Of a DNA stretch of 64,000 nucleotides, positions 49,009 to 57,869 are shown piece by piece (position 1 is the first letter of the stretch; every line of letters starts with the position of its first letter). Position numbers and translations under genes: made by a program. The notes beneath the pieces were generated by a model that saw only the letters and a program-made list of their open reading frames with translations, had not been told where the DNA came from and ran no database searches. This stretch comes from Acidobacteriota bacterium (GTDB taxonomy: Bacteria; Acidobacteriota; UBA6911; RPQK01; JAJDTT01): contig OY764083.1 in the NCBI GenBank assembly GCA_963668095.1, forward strand, positions 1,201,085 through 1,265,084, in the 5' to 3' direction.

Positions 49009-50486
49009 CTGACGTCGGCACCCCCCTCGACCAACGCCTGGACGCATTCCGGTTCTTTCTCGGCGACCGCCAGCATGAGTGCGGTCCAGCCGTTGTAGTT
49101 TGTGGCCTTGACGTCGGCGCCTCCCGCCAACAGCGCCCGCACAATCTTATCCCTACCCTCCGAGGCCGCATGCATCAGTGGCGTCCAATCGGCGTTGAGC
49201 CGGAAGTTGACCCGGGCCCCACCTTGAATCAGAGCCTCTACCGTGTCGGCATGCCCTTCATTGACAGCCAGCATCAGACACGGAAGCCCATCCTTGGTCT
49301 TGGCGTTCACGTTGGCCCCCTTGGCCATCAAGAGCTTGGCCACCTCCGTCTGTCCCTGGTTGGCAGCGATGAGAAGGGCCGTCCATCCGGTCCGGGGGGC
49401 ACGGGTATTGATCCTGGACCCGGCGTCGATGAGCAGATTCATGCTCCCGACATGCCCTCCTTCCGCCGCTGCCATAAGGGGAGTCTGTCCCCGCCTGTCG
49501 CCGGCATCCCGGAAGTATCGCAGGGACCGCGGCCACTTCTTCCGGCCTCTCTCCAGCAATAGCGCCAACGTCTCGTCGTGACCATGGCTGGCAGCGAGCC
49601 AGACGCCGTTTCGACCGTCGCCGTCCTTGCCATCCAACTGGGCGCCCTTATCCGCGAGCACCTCGACTATGGCGGTCTGTCCCCGGCCCGCGGCCCAGAG
49701 CAAGGCGGTACGCTTGTCCGCGTCCTTGTAGTCCACGCGAGCCCCCTGCTCCAACAGGATCTTCGCCGTCTCCATATGCCCTTCACCGGACACCACCATC
49801 AGGGGAGTCCAACCCATCTTGGTGTAGGCATTGACGTCAGCCTTCTTGGAAAGAAAATCGGAGACCATCTCGGCATGACCGCCGGTTGCGGCGAAAAGTA
49901 GAGGCGTCCGGCCCGAGTTGTCCGCTTCCTTGACATTGGCGCCGGCGTCTTCCAAAGCCCGGACCACCGCCATATGCCCCCCTTCGGCGGCTCGCATTAT
50001 GGCCGTCCGTCCTGCGGCGTCCTTGGCGCCGACCTCAGCCCCCTTCTCCAGCAAGAATTCAACCATCGCCATCTGTCCCTCGGCGGCTGCCAAAGCCAGT
50101 GGCTTCTCTCCCCGGCGGCTCTCGCTATTGACCGGGACTCCCAAGCCCAAAAGGGCGTCCACGGATTCGACGTGCCCTTTTTCGACCGCATACATCACAG
50201 CGGTTTTGCCGTTCGGGTCTTCCCAGTTCATATCGGCGCCACCCGCCACCAAGGACTGGATCACGCCGGTGTGGCCCTCCTCGGCCGCCCTCACCAGGAG
50301 AGACTTGCCGCCATAGACACGGTTGGGATCGGCGCCCTGTCCGATGAGGTCTTCCACATCGGAAGCCTCGCCGGCCGCCACGGCATCCTCCATTTCCCGT
50401 CGGACGTTGGAGGAGCAGCTCACCGAAACCAGTAACAGGAGTAGAAGAAAACAAGCCCTATTCGATTGACGCAGTGCCCGATTCAT
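48909..50486 (-). CDS. secreted ankyrin-repeat protein (about 14 ANK repeats)
   Basis: Signal peptide MNRALRQSNRACFLLLLLLVSVSCSS, then regular 33-aa ANK repeats (…G(K/R)TALM.AA..GH..(V/I)V..L…GA(D/N)VN…). Confidence 0.85.
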   Translation of the reverse strand: MNRALRQSNRACFLLLLLLVSVSCSSNVRREMEDAVAAGEASDVEDLIGQGADPNRVYGGKSLLVRAAEEGHTGVIQSLVAGGADMNWEDPNGKTAVMYAVEKGHVESVDALLGLGVPVNSESRRGEKPLALAAAEGQMAMVEFLLEKGAEVGAKDAAGRTAIMRAAEGGHMAVVRALEDAGANVKEADNSGRTPLLFAATGGHAEMVSDFLSKKADVNAYTKMGWTPLMVVSGEGHMETAKILLEQGARVDYKDADKRTALLWAAGRGQTAIVEVLADKGAQLDGKDGDGRNGVWLAASHGHDETLALLLERGRKKWPRSLRYFRDAGDRRGQTPLMAAAEGGHVGSMNLLIDAGSRINTRAPRTGWTALLIAANQGQTEVAKLLMAKGANVNAKTKDGLPCLMLAVNEGHADTVEALIQGGARVNFRLNADWTPLMHAASEGRDKIVRALLAGGADVKATNYNGWTALMLAVAEKEPECVQALVEGGADVSVKGNDGRSALKLAVQQGYSNIVKILTEAGATQ

Positions 50487-50676
50487 TCGAATTCACCTCC
50501 AAGATTCACCTGCGCTATTCCGCTGAGGTGCGCGCATATCTTAGCCGGACGGGCTGTCATGAGACAACCTGAGGACCGCGCCCATCCGATCGCCGGCGTA
50601 CACTCGAACCGGCAGGTTCTAAGCGACGCCACAAGTTGGATTCCATTCGGAGTTGAAACGATCAACAGCGAGGGAA

Positions 50677-51732
50677 TCACGCGACGAAGATGGGCGGCGC
50701 GGGGTCAGTGAGCTTTACGGCGACGGTCGCGCCGACGTCCAGTGATGAGGCATCGGTCCGCAGGGTTCGGAAACTCGCAAGCTCCGTTCCCGATGGCAGC
50801 CGCACTCGGTAGCGTTCGTGGGAACCGCGAAACGCACGCTCGACAACGACGCCTGGTCCGCCGCGACTCGGCGTGACCTCGAGTTCATGGGGTCTGACGG
50901 CAACCATCACCTTTGTCCCCACCGCGAACGAGCCCGGACCTCGAGCCGGCCCCAGCTCCGTCTCGACCCCCACCCTCGTGACGACACCGGGCAGGAACGT
51001 GGCGTCCAGCACGAATTCCGAAACGAACCGGCTGCCCGGACGATCATGAAGGTCGTGGGCCGAGCCCACTTGCTCGATCCTTGCATTGCGCATCACTGCC
51101 ACCCGGTCCGCGATCTGAAAGGCCTCCTCCCGATCGTGCGTGACGACGATGGCGGCACGTCCGCCATGTTTCAAGATCCGCCGAAGCTCTTTGCCCAAGC
51201 TCGTGCGAAGCGCCGCGTCCAGGTTCGATAGCGGCTCGTCCAACAGCAGCAGCTCGCAGCCTGGAGCGAGAGCCCGCGCGAGCGCGGTTCGCTGCTGTTG
51301 GCCGCCGGAAAGCTCGTGCGGAAAACGCGAATCCATTCCCTCCAACCCGCACAAATCCATCGCCTCGCGAGCGCGCCGCTTGCGAGCACCGGGAGCGAGC
51401 CCGGACAGTCCGAACTCGACATTTCTTCGGACATCCAAGTGTGGAAACAACGCGTAGTCCTGGAAGACGAAACCGATGCGACGTTCTTCAGGCGGGAGAT
51501 CGACGCCGTCACTCTGTACGATTCGATTCCCGATGCGAATCGTGCCGCGGTCCGGTGTCTCGAATCCCGCGATCAGGCGAAGGGTCGTCGTCTTGCCGCA
51601 ACCACTCGGACCGAGAAGCGCCAGGATTTCACCCTTCGGCATCGAGAACGACAGGTCCGACACGGCCGGGGACGGCGAGCCTTCGAAAGTCTTGTCGAGG
51701 CCGTCGAGGGAAAGGAAGACGTCTGTCATCAC
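50677..51732 (-). CDS. ABC transporter ATP-binding protein, Fe(3+)/polyamine importer type (FbpC/PotA-like)
   Basis: Walker A GPSGCGKTT, ABC signature LSGGQQQR, Walker B LLLLDEPLSNLD, and a C-terminal TOBE-like domain. Confidence 0.85.
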   Translation of the reverse strand: MMTDVFLSLDGLDKTFEGSPSPAVSDLSFSMPKGEILALLGPSGCGKTTTLRLIAGFETPDRGTIRIGNRIVQSDGVDLPPEERRIGFVFQDYALFPHLDVRRNVEFGLSGLAPGARKRRAREAMDLCGLEGMDSRFPHELSGGQQQRTALARALAPGCELLLLDEPLSNLDAALRTSLGKELRRILKHGGRAAIVVTHDREEAFQIADRVAVMRNARIEQVGSAHDLHDRPGSRFVSEFVLDATFLPGVVTRVGVETELGPARGPGSFAVGTKVMVAVRPHELEVTPSRGGPGVVVERAFRGSHERYRVRLPSGTELASFRTLRTDASSLDVGATVAVKLTDPAPPIFVA

Positions 51733-53361
51733 TTACAGCCGCGCCTCGTTCGCGCCCCGAAGTCTGGTCAGCACGATAACCGGCAAGATCCCGGCTGCGA
51801 CGATCGAAAGCGCCGGGGCAGATGCTTCGGTCCACATCGACTCGGCCGTTCGCTGCCACACTTCCACGGCGAGTGTATCGACACCGAACGGGCGGACCAG
51901 CATGGTTGCCGGCATTTCCTTCATCACCTCGACGAATACGAGAATGAGAGCGGTCAACAGGGAGCCTCGAAGAAGCGGGAAATGAACGCGGCCAAGTACT
52001 CGACCCGGACCCGCGCCGAGACCGCGCGCACTCTCGTCCATACTACCCGAGATCCGGGTGAGCCCGGACTCCACCGAGTAGAACGCCACGGAAATAAAAC
52101 GCACGAGATAGGCGAACAGCAGCCCGAATGCCGAGCCGGTCAGAATCAAGCCGGCATCGAAGCCCCCGAACCAACCGATTGCGGCGTTGATGATGCCGTC
52201 GGCGCGGGCGAGCGTCAACAGGACGCCGACGGCGATGACGGAGCCTGGTATGGCGTAGCCGAGACTCGCAACACGAGCCGCGAACGACAGAGCGCGCGAA
52301 CGAGTGGAGCGGATCGAATAAGCGAGGACGACTGCCGCCAAGACCGCGAGCAGGCAGGCGGACGCCGCGAGTGTCAGCGTGTTGCGCAAAAGCTCCGGAA
52401 AATTTCTCGGAAGCAGCGACGATTCCGCCGCGCGTAGGCTCCAGCGGACGAGAACAGCGGTCGGAACCACAAAGCCGGCCGCGAGCACGCTCGAAACGAA
52501 CGCCGTCGCCGCCCAGCCTCTTATTCCCGCAAGCGGCGGAAGCGTGCGCGCGACATTTCGTCCATGAGCTTGAACGAATCGCATCCGACCCCGTGCCCGT
52601 TGCTCCAGTACAACGAGTATCAATGCGAACAGCATGAGTATCACCGCGAGCTGGCCCGCCGCGACCCGGTCGAACATCCCGAACCAGACGCGATAGATGC
52701 CCGTCGTAAGCGTTGGATAGCCGAACACGGATACGGTTCCAAAGTCCGCAAGCGTCTCCATGAGCGCGAGTGCGACGCCGGTGGCAATTGCCGGTCGCGC
52801 CAGAGGCAGACCAACTCTCCGGAATACGGCTGTCGAACGGCATCCCAGGCTTCGCGCTACTTCGGTGAGGTTCGCCCCGAGCTCGCGAAACGCCGTCAGG
52901 GCGAGCAGATAGACGTACGGATAAACGACCAGGCTCATTGCGAGAACGACGCCTCCGTAAGAACGCACGTTCGGAAATCGCCAACTGAGGTTCAGGGTCT
53001 CGCGAAAAAATGTGGGGACGGGTCCTGCAAACTCGAAGAGCGCCACAAACACGAAGCCGATGACGTACGTCGGAACGGCGAGCGGCAAGACGAGCGCCCA
53101 CTCGAAAACATCGCGGCCCGGAAACCGCCGGGTCGCGACGAGCCACGCGGAAACCGTCCCCATGAAGCCTGCGAGCGCGCCGACGCCCAGCAGGAGCCAG
53201 AGGGTGTTCGACAGAAGCTCCCAGAGAATCGTATCCGCGAGGTGACGCCACATGTCACCTCGTGGAGAGGTCAGATTGAACGCGACGGCAAGGACCGGGA
53301 GCGCGACGAGCGCGGACGTAAGCCACGCTCCGGCGGAGAGCGCTCGCGAGCTTCGAGCCAT
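51733..53361 (-). CDS. iron(III) ABC transporter permease (fused double-domain FbpB type)
   Basis: 542 aa with two repeated six-helix permease units and EAA-like loops. Immediately upstream of and coupled to the ATPase gene. Confidence 0.8.
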   Translation of the reverse strand: MARSSRALSAGAWLTSALVALPVLAVAFNLTSPRGDMWRHLADTILWELLSNTLWLLLGVGALAGFMGTVSAWLVATRRFPGRDVFEWALVLPLAVPTYVIGFVFVALFEFAGPVPTFFRETLNLSWRFPNVRSYGGVVLAMSLVVYPYVYLLALTAFRELGANLTEVARSLGCRSTAVFRRVGLPLARPAIATGVALALMETLADFGTVSVFGYPTLTTGIYRVWFGMFDRVAAGQLAVILMLFALILVVLEQRARGRMRFVQAHGRNVARTLPPLAGIRGWAATAFVSSVLAAGFVVPTAVLVRWSLRAAESSLLPRNFPELLRNTLTLAASACLLAVLAAVVLAYSIRSTRSRALSFAARVASLGYAIPGSVIAVGVLLTLARADGIINAAIGWFGGFDAGLILTGSAFGLLFAYLVRFISVAFYSVESGLTRISGSMDESARGLGAGPGRVLGRVHFPLLRGSLLTALILVFVEVMKEMPATMLVRPFGVDTLAVEVWQRTAESMWTEASAPALSIVAAGILPVIVLTRLRGANEARL

Positions 53362-53367
53362 GAGAAA

Positions 53368-54369
53368 CTACCGGTAGCCGGCGCGGTCGGCGAGCCTGAT
53401 CGCGGCCGCCTGATTCTCACCGGCCGCAGAGACCCCCACCTGCTCCGGTTTGAAGACGCCCCAGCCTTTCAGGATCGGGTGCGGCTCCGCAACAGGGTTT
53501 GCCGGATACTCGAAACTGCTGGCGGCAAGTGTTTCTTGAGCCTCGGCGGAGGTAATGAACTCAAGGAGTCGAACTGCGTTTTCCTTGTTCTTTGCGTACT
53601 TGGTGACACCCGCTCCCGAGATGTTCACGTGGGTCCCGGTCGTCTCCTGATTGGCCCAGAATGGCGCGACCGGCAGATCCGGCTCTTTGACCAGGATGCG
53701 CGCGAGGTAGTAGCTGTTGGTGATACCGACGTCGCACTGCCCCGCCGCGATCGCACGGAGGACGGGCCGATCCGAATTTACGATCTCCGGCTCGTTCGCG
53801 ACCCAGCCTCCAATCATCTTCTCCACAGCCGTTTCGCCATGAACTCCGATCGCCGAGGCAAGCAGAGACTGATTGTAGATGCTGTTCGACGTGCGCAAAC
53901 AGATGCGGCCCTTCCATTTCGGATCCGCCAGCGCCGCGTACGTCGCGAGCTCCGAAGGCTTCACGCGCTCGGTGCTGTACATGATGGTGCGCGCGCGGAC
54001 GGCGAGTCCGAACCACCGGTTCTGCGGATCACGGAGGTGCACTGGCACGTTCTTCTTCAGAATGTCGGATTCAACGGACATGAGGAGCCCCTGGCGGGCT
54101 GCGTTCCACAGATTCCCCGCGTCGACCGTCACCATGACGTCGGCCTGGGTGTTGGCGCCCTCGGCCCGCAACCGTTCGAAGACCTCGCTGTTGTTGCCCA
54201 TGAAGAAGTTGACCTTGATTCCGGTCTTCTCAGTGAACAGCTCGAAGGCGGGCTCGGACCCATAGTGCGAGCGCGCGGAATAGACGTTGACCTCTTGTGC
54301 ATTCGCTATCCCCAACCATATCCACGAGATAGCGGCCAGGATGACAAACCTGCGACAGTTCGGGTTCAT
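53368..54369 (-). CDS. Fe(3+) ABC transporter periplasmic substrate-binding protein (FbpA/AfuA family)
   Basis: Signal peptide, EVNVYSARSHYGSEPAFELFTEKTGIKVNF typical of the FbpA/SBP_bac_1 family, 333 aa. Confidence 0.8.
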   Translation of the reverse strand: MNPNCRRFVILAAISWIWLGIANAQEVNVYSARSHYGSEPAFELFTEKTGIKVNFFMGNNSEVFERLRAEGANTQADVMVTVDAGNLWNAARQGLLMSVESDILKKNVPVHLRDPQNRWFGLAVRARTIMYSTERVKPSELATYAALADPKWKGRICLRTSNSIYNQSLLASAIGVHGETAVEKMIGGWVANEPEIVNSDRPVLRAIAAGQCDVGITNSYYLARILVKEPDLPVAPFWANQETTGTHVNISGAGVTKYAKNKENAVRLLEFITSAEAQETLAASSFEYPANPVAEPHPILKGWGVFKPEQVGVSAAGENQAAAIRLADRAGYR

Positions 54370-54612
54370 GATGCTGTATCTCCTTATCGAGCGTGCCTGT
54401 ATATGAAAATGAAATTCGTTTTCAAAATCAACCGTGGCTTGCCCGTAGGGAGAGCTTTGATATGGCTAACGTCAAAGTGACCCATCCCAATCAGACCTTG
54501 GATCCACCGCGTTGGTGAGCAGTGAACCATAAGAAACTACGTCGGAAGCTGATTGGGATGATCTCTGACTGCCCGCAGACCGTTTACAGACCGGGAAACA
54601 GCGCCACCTGCG

Positions 54613-55212
54613 CTAATGGTCAAGAACAAGACCGATGCCATGTTTCTCCAGCACATCCGGCAGTTCCGGGTGATCCGGCAGCAATCCCGAACCGCTCAGT
54701 TCAAGCTTTCCTATTGCGCGGTCGAACATAGCGTAGACGTCACCACCGGTCAGACGGGACGGGTAGACCAAGCCGTCGATGTCCTCATGATCGGAATGAA
54801 TCGCCTTCCCAAAGGCGCGGCCGGCGGCATGATTGCGGGCATTCACCGTGTCCGTCTGTGCACCAATCAAGGCGCACCCATCTTGACGAAGATCAAGCAA
54901 CGTCAGTTTTTTTCTCGGTTGCGTCACAATCGAGGCCCAAACCCGCTCGGTCACTTCCTTGAGCAAGATCTCACGCCTTCGCCGTCGGACGAATCGATCC
55001 CGCACAACCGTTTCGATGAACGAGGTAGTAAAGTCGGGCGAGGCATAGAGCATCGTATAGACACCCGCCTTGGAGCAGAAGCGGGAGTCAGCCGGTGCGG
55101 TGCCCAATAGTGACGCCACATAGCGACCAGGCACGATTCGATAGCAGCGTGGAAGCTCCGTACTGACAAGTACAGCTTCGATCCGTTCGCGTGGATAGGC
55201 GGGTCGGTTCAA
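54613..55212 (-). CDS. RES domain toxin (RES-Xre TA system)
   Basis: RES-domain signature residues in RFCSKAGVYTMLYASPDFTTSFIETVV. ~200 aa. Overlaps the upstream antitoxin gene by 4 nt. Confidence 0.7.
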   Translation of the reverse strand: MNRPAYPRERIEAVLVSTELPRCYRIVPGRYVASLLGTAPADSRFCSKAGVYTMLYASPDFTTSFIETVVRDRFVRRRRREILLKEVTERVWASIVTQPRKKLTLLDLRQDGCALIGAQTDTVNARNHAAGRAFGKAIHSDHEDIDGLVYPSRLTGGDVYAMFDRAIGKLELSGSGLLPDHPELPDVLEKHGIGLVLDH

Positions 55213-55772
55213 GTGAAGTCCGCACCGAAGCCGGGAGCTGCGTCTACGACATCCTCGATCCGCCCTGCCATCAATTCCTCAAGGGGACATGCGACATGGT
55301 CGGAAAAAGGCCATTTCTGGGTTAGAAATTCCCAAGCTAATTCGGGGTCTTCAATGATACTCATCACCCTGGCGAGTCCCGGAACCACTTTCCCTGGGCC
55401 AAGGATCTGCGCGGCAGGAATCATCAGACCGCGTTTGGTCGACTTCCAGGCGAGCAGTGTTTTGCGTCCCACCCACGCATAGACCGTAGTGCGCGAAACC
55501 TCCAGTCGTTTGGCGGCTGCGGAAACCCCGATCGTGTTCGGGCTCTTCGGTCGCTGAACGATGAATGACTGAAGCTGGCCGGGCACTTCAGCGACGGTCC
55601 TACGCCCATATTCCTCGTGATGGGCGGCGGCAGTTTCCAGGGCTACACTCACTGCCATACGAGCTTCCCGTGGGTGCCCGCGAAGAAAGTTTTCCGCGGT
55701 CTTGGAAAGGCCCGCAAGACCCTCAATGCGGAATCGGTCAACCTGCCTCGTCGATCCGGTCGTTCTACTCAT
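55209..55772 (-). CDS. Xre-family antitoxin with C-terminal DUF2384 toxin-binding domain (MbcA/ParS-like)
   Basis: HTH segment IGVSAAAKRLEVSRTTVYAWV and DUF2384-like C-terminus ELAWEFLTQKWPFSDHVACPLEELMAGRIEDV. Antitoxin-first order with a 4-nt overlap onto the RES gene. Confidence 0.7.
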   Translation of the reverse strand: MSRTTGSTRQVDRFRIEGLAGLSKTAENFLRGHPREARMAVSVALETAAAHHEEYGRRTVAEVPGQLQSFIVQRPKSPNTIGVSAAAKRLEVSRTTVYAWVGRKTLLAWKSTKRGLMIPAAQILGPGKVVPGLARVMSIIEDPELAWEFLTQKWPFSDHVACPLEELMAGRIEDVVDAAPGFGADFT

Positions 55773-55814
55773 CGGTTACCTTCCCCCTCTATCGGAGAGA
55801 ATTCTATTGCAAAA

Positions 55815-55846
55815 ATGTTCATTATGTCTAGTATGTTCATTATGTC
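55815..55846. promoter_or_regulatory. two 14-bp direct repeats ATGTTCATTATGTC (period 18 bp) in the TA operon promoter: candidate antitoxin operator
   Basis: Exact repeats at 55815-55828 and 55833-55846, 40-70 nt upstream of the antitoxin start, in a locally AT-rich stretch. Confidence 0.45.
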
Positions 55847-56017
55847 AGCCGTTCCCGGCACTCGATACCGTCGGGATCGCTCGTGGCCAAAAAAGGCAGG
55901 AGATGCACTTTTCGCGATGGGCGACCTATTCCTCACAGGCCGTGAGAATCGTCTGAGGAACCCACCCGCAAACCCACGGGCTCGGAACTGGTATCGCCGG
56001 GATTTGGTGGAGACGCC

Positions 56018-57778
56018 TCAATCCCCCGACTTCGCCGGGGCATCCGCTTCGACGCGCACGGTGACCACGTCGGTGTCGTGGTACTGCCGGTGGCGCACGG
56101 AGCTGGCGTAGTGGCGGAGCAGCCGGAGGGAGAACTCGCGGTCGACGGACCGTCTCGCCCATTGCCCCAGGAGCGCCAGCCGGTCCTCCAGATTCCCGTC
56201 CACGGCCGAGGCGATGAACTCCAGTTCCACTCCCCGGCCGTCCCCCCGAACCAGGAGCAGCAGGTGCCGGGCTTCTTCGTCCTCCGACGCCTCCTCATCC
56301 GGAATCAGGCTCAGGACCGATTCCTCCGCTGCGGCCCGGAGCCGCTCCGTCGACGCCTCGTTCCAACCCTTTTCGTCGGCGAATTTGCAGAGGAAACCGT
56401 CGATCTCCGGCAGCGAATCGACGCTCAGCATGACCTTGACTCGCCGCCTCCGCGGTTTGGCCAGATCCAGGGCCACCGTCATCAAGATCGCGGCCAACCC
56501 GCCGGCCGCCATGCCGTTCCCCAGGATTGTGGACAACGTGCCGCCCATGTAGTCCGCGAAGATCTGCTGGTTCTGAAAACCGACTCCCAGCCAGAAGGAC
56601 AGGCCGACCACCACGCTCTTGCGGCTGTCGATGCCGTCCTGCGCCACGATCCTCATGCCCAGGACGAACAGGACGGCCATCAGCACCAGGATGTAGGCCG
56701 CGACGACCGGGTCCGGAATCGCCAGGATCGCCGCCGTCACCTTGGGAAGGAAGGCGAAGGAGAAGAAAAGGATTCCGATGCAGACCCCGACGGAGCGTGC
56801 GGCGACGCCGGTGAGCTCGGTGACGGCGACGCTGGAAGAGTAGGTCGTGTTGGGGACGGTCCCCATCAGGCCCGAAAGGAGATTACCCACGCCGTCCGCC
56901 CCAACGGCGCCCTGCACGGCGCGAAAGTCCGTCGCCCTGGGGCGGCGCCAGGAGACCTGCTGGATCCCGATGGCATCGCCGACGGTCTCGATGGCGCCCA
57001 CCACCGTCACCAGAACGAAGACCGGGAGCAAGGCCCAGAATGAGGCCCCGAACGTCAGGTCGAGACCGGGCCAGCCGCTTGTTGGTATTCCGAACCAAGG
57101 AGCGTCGGCGACTCGAGCCACGTCGTAAAGACCGTAAAACGACGCCACGATACATCCTCCGGCAACACCCAGGACGGGTGCCCAGAGGCGCAGACTGCCC
57201 CTGGCGAATAGAGCGAGACCCGCTGTGAAAACGAGAGTCGCTGCAGCGCTGGCGGGCGCGCCGGTGGAGGCCGCCCCTTCAGCCGCGTTGGCCACCAGGT
57301 TGAACGCAATGGGCATGATGGTCACCGAAATCAGCATGATCACGGTCCCGGCCACCAAGGGAGTGATCACCCGGCGGAGCAACGACAGATGGGACGACAG
57401 GACGAATTGAAACAGGGAGGAGATGACCACCAGCGTCGCCAGGAGTCCGGGCCCGCCTTCCGTCAGCGCGGTCACCGACACGGCGATAAAGACGCCGGAG
57501 GTTCCCATCAGGAGGACGTAGCCGGAACCCAACCTTCCGACGCGGACGGCCTGGAGGACCGTGGACAGGCCGCAGACGCAGAGCGCCGCGAAGACCGCCC
57601 AGGTCATGTAGGCCTCCTCGCCGCCGGCCGCGCGGATGATGATCGCCGGTGTGAGGACGATTCCGCCGATACTGAGCAGAACGAGCTGAAATCCGAGTCC
57701 CAGGGAGAGCAGGTTCGGGGGCCGCTCGTCGGGTTCGTAACGAAGTTCTTTCCGAAGGGCTGGAGCGGATGATTTCAT
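56018..57778 (-). CDS. NCS2 (nucleobase:cation symporter-2 / xanthine-uracil permease) family transporter with extra C-terminal cytoplasmic domain
   Basis: NCS2-like motifs RVITPLVAGTVIMLISVTIMP and GTVPNTTYSSSVAVTELTGVAARSVGV. The last ~150 aa are soluble and non-membrane (…RHLLLLVRGDGRGVELEFIASAVDG…). Confidence 0.65.
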   Translation of the reverse strand: MKSSAPALRKELRYEPDERPPNLLSLGLGFQLVLLSIGGIVLTPAIIIRAAGGEEAYMTWAVFAALCVCGLSTVLQAVRVGRLGSGYVLLMGTSGVFIAVSVTALTEGGPGLLATLVVISSLFQFVLSSHLSLLRRVITPLVAGTVIMLISVTIMPIAFNLVANAAEGAASTGAPASAAATLVFTAGLALFARGSLRLWAPVLGVAGGCIVASFYGLYDVARVADAPWFGIPTSGWPGLDLTFGASFWALLPVFVLVTVVGAIETVGDAIGIQQVSWRRPRATDFRAVQGAVGADGVGNLLSGLMGTVPNTTYSSSVAVTELTGVAARSVGVCIGILFFSFAFLPKVTAAILAIPDPVVAAYILVLMAVLFVLGMRIVAQDGIDSRKSVVVGLSFWLGVGFQNQQIFADYMGGTLSTILGNGMAAGGLAAILMTVALDLAKPRRRRVKVMLSVDSLPEIDGFLCKFADEKGWNEASTERLRAAAEESVLSLIPDEEASEDEEARHLLLLVRGDGRGVELEFIASAVDGNLEDRLALLGQWARRSVDREFSLRLLRHYASSVRHRQYHDTDVVTVRVEADAPAKSGD

Positions 57779-57869
57779 AGTTTAATCCCTGTTGTTCGCA
57801 TCATGGCATTGCCGGTCCGTTTCCGAATCGGGAGCTGACCGAGTCTCTGGGCACCCGTCGTAATGCTTG

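Noticed and set aside
52564-54480. 638-aa ORF on + strand, and many 100-400 aa ORFs across 51-54 kb
   Set aside because: Antisense to or overlapping the fbpABC genes, which carry Walker and ABC-signature motifs. Translations are Arg/Gly/Pro-rich with no recognisable domains.
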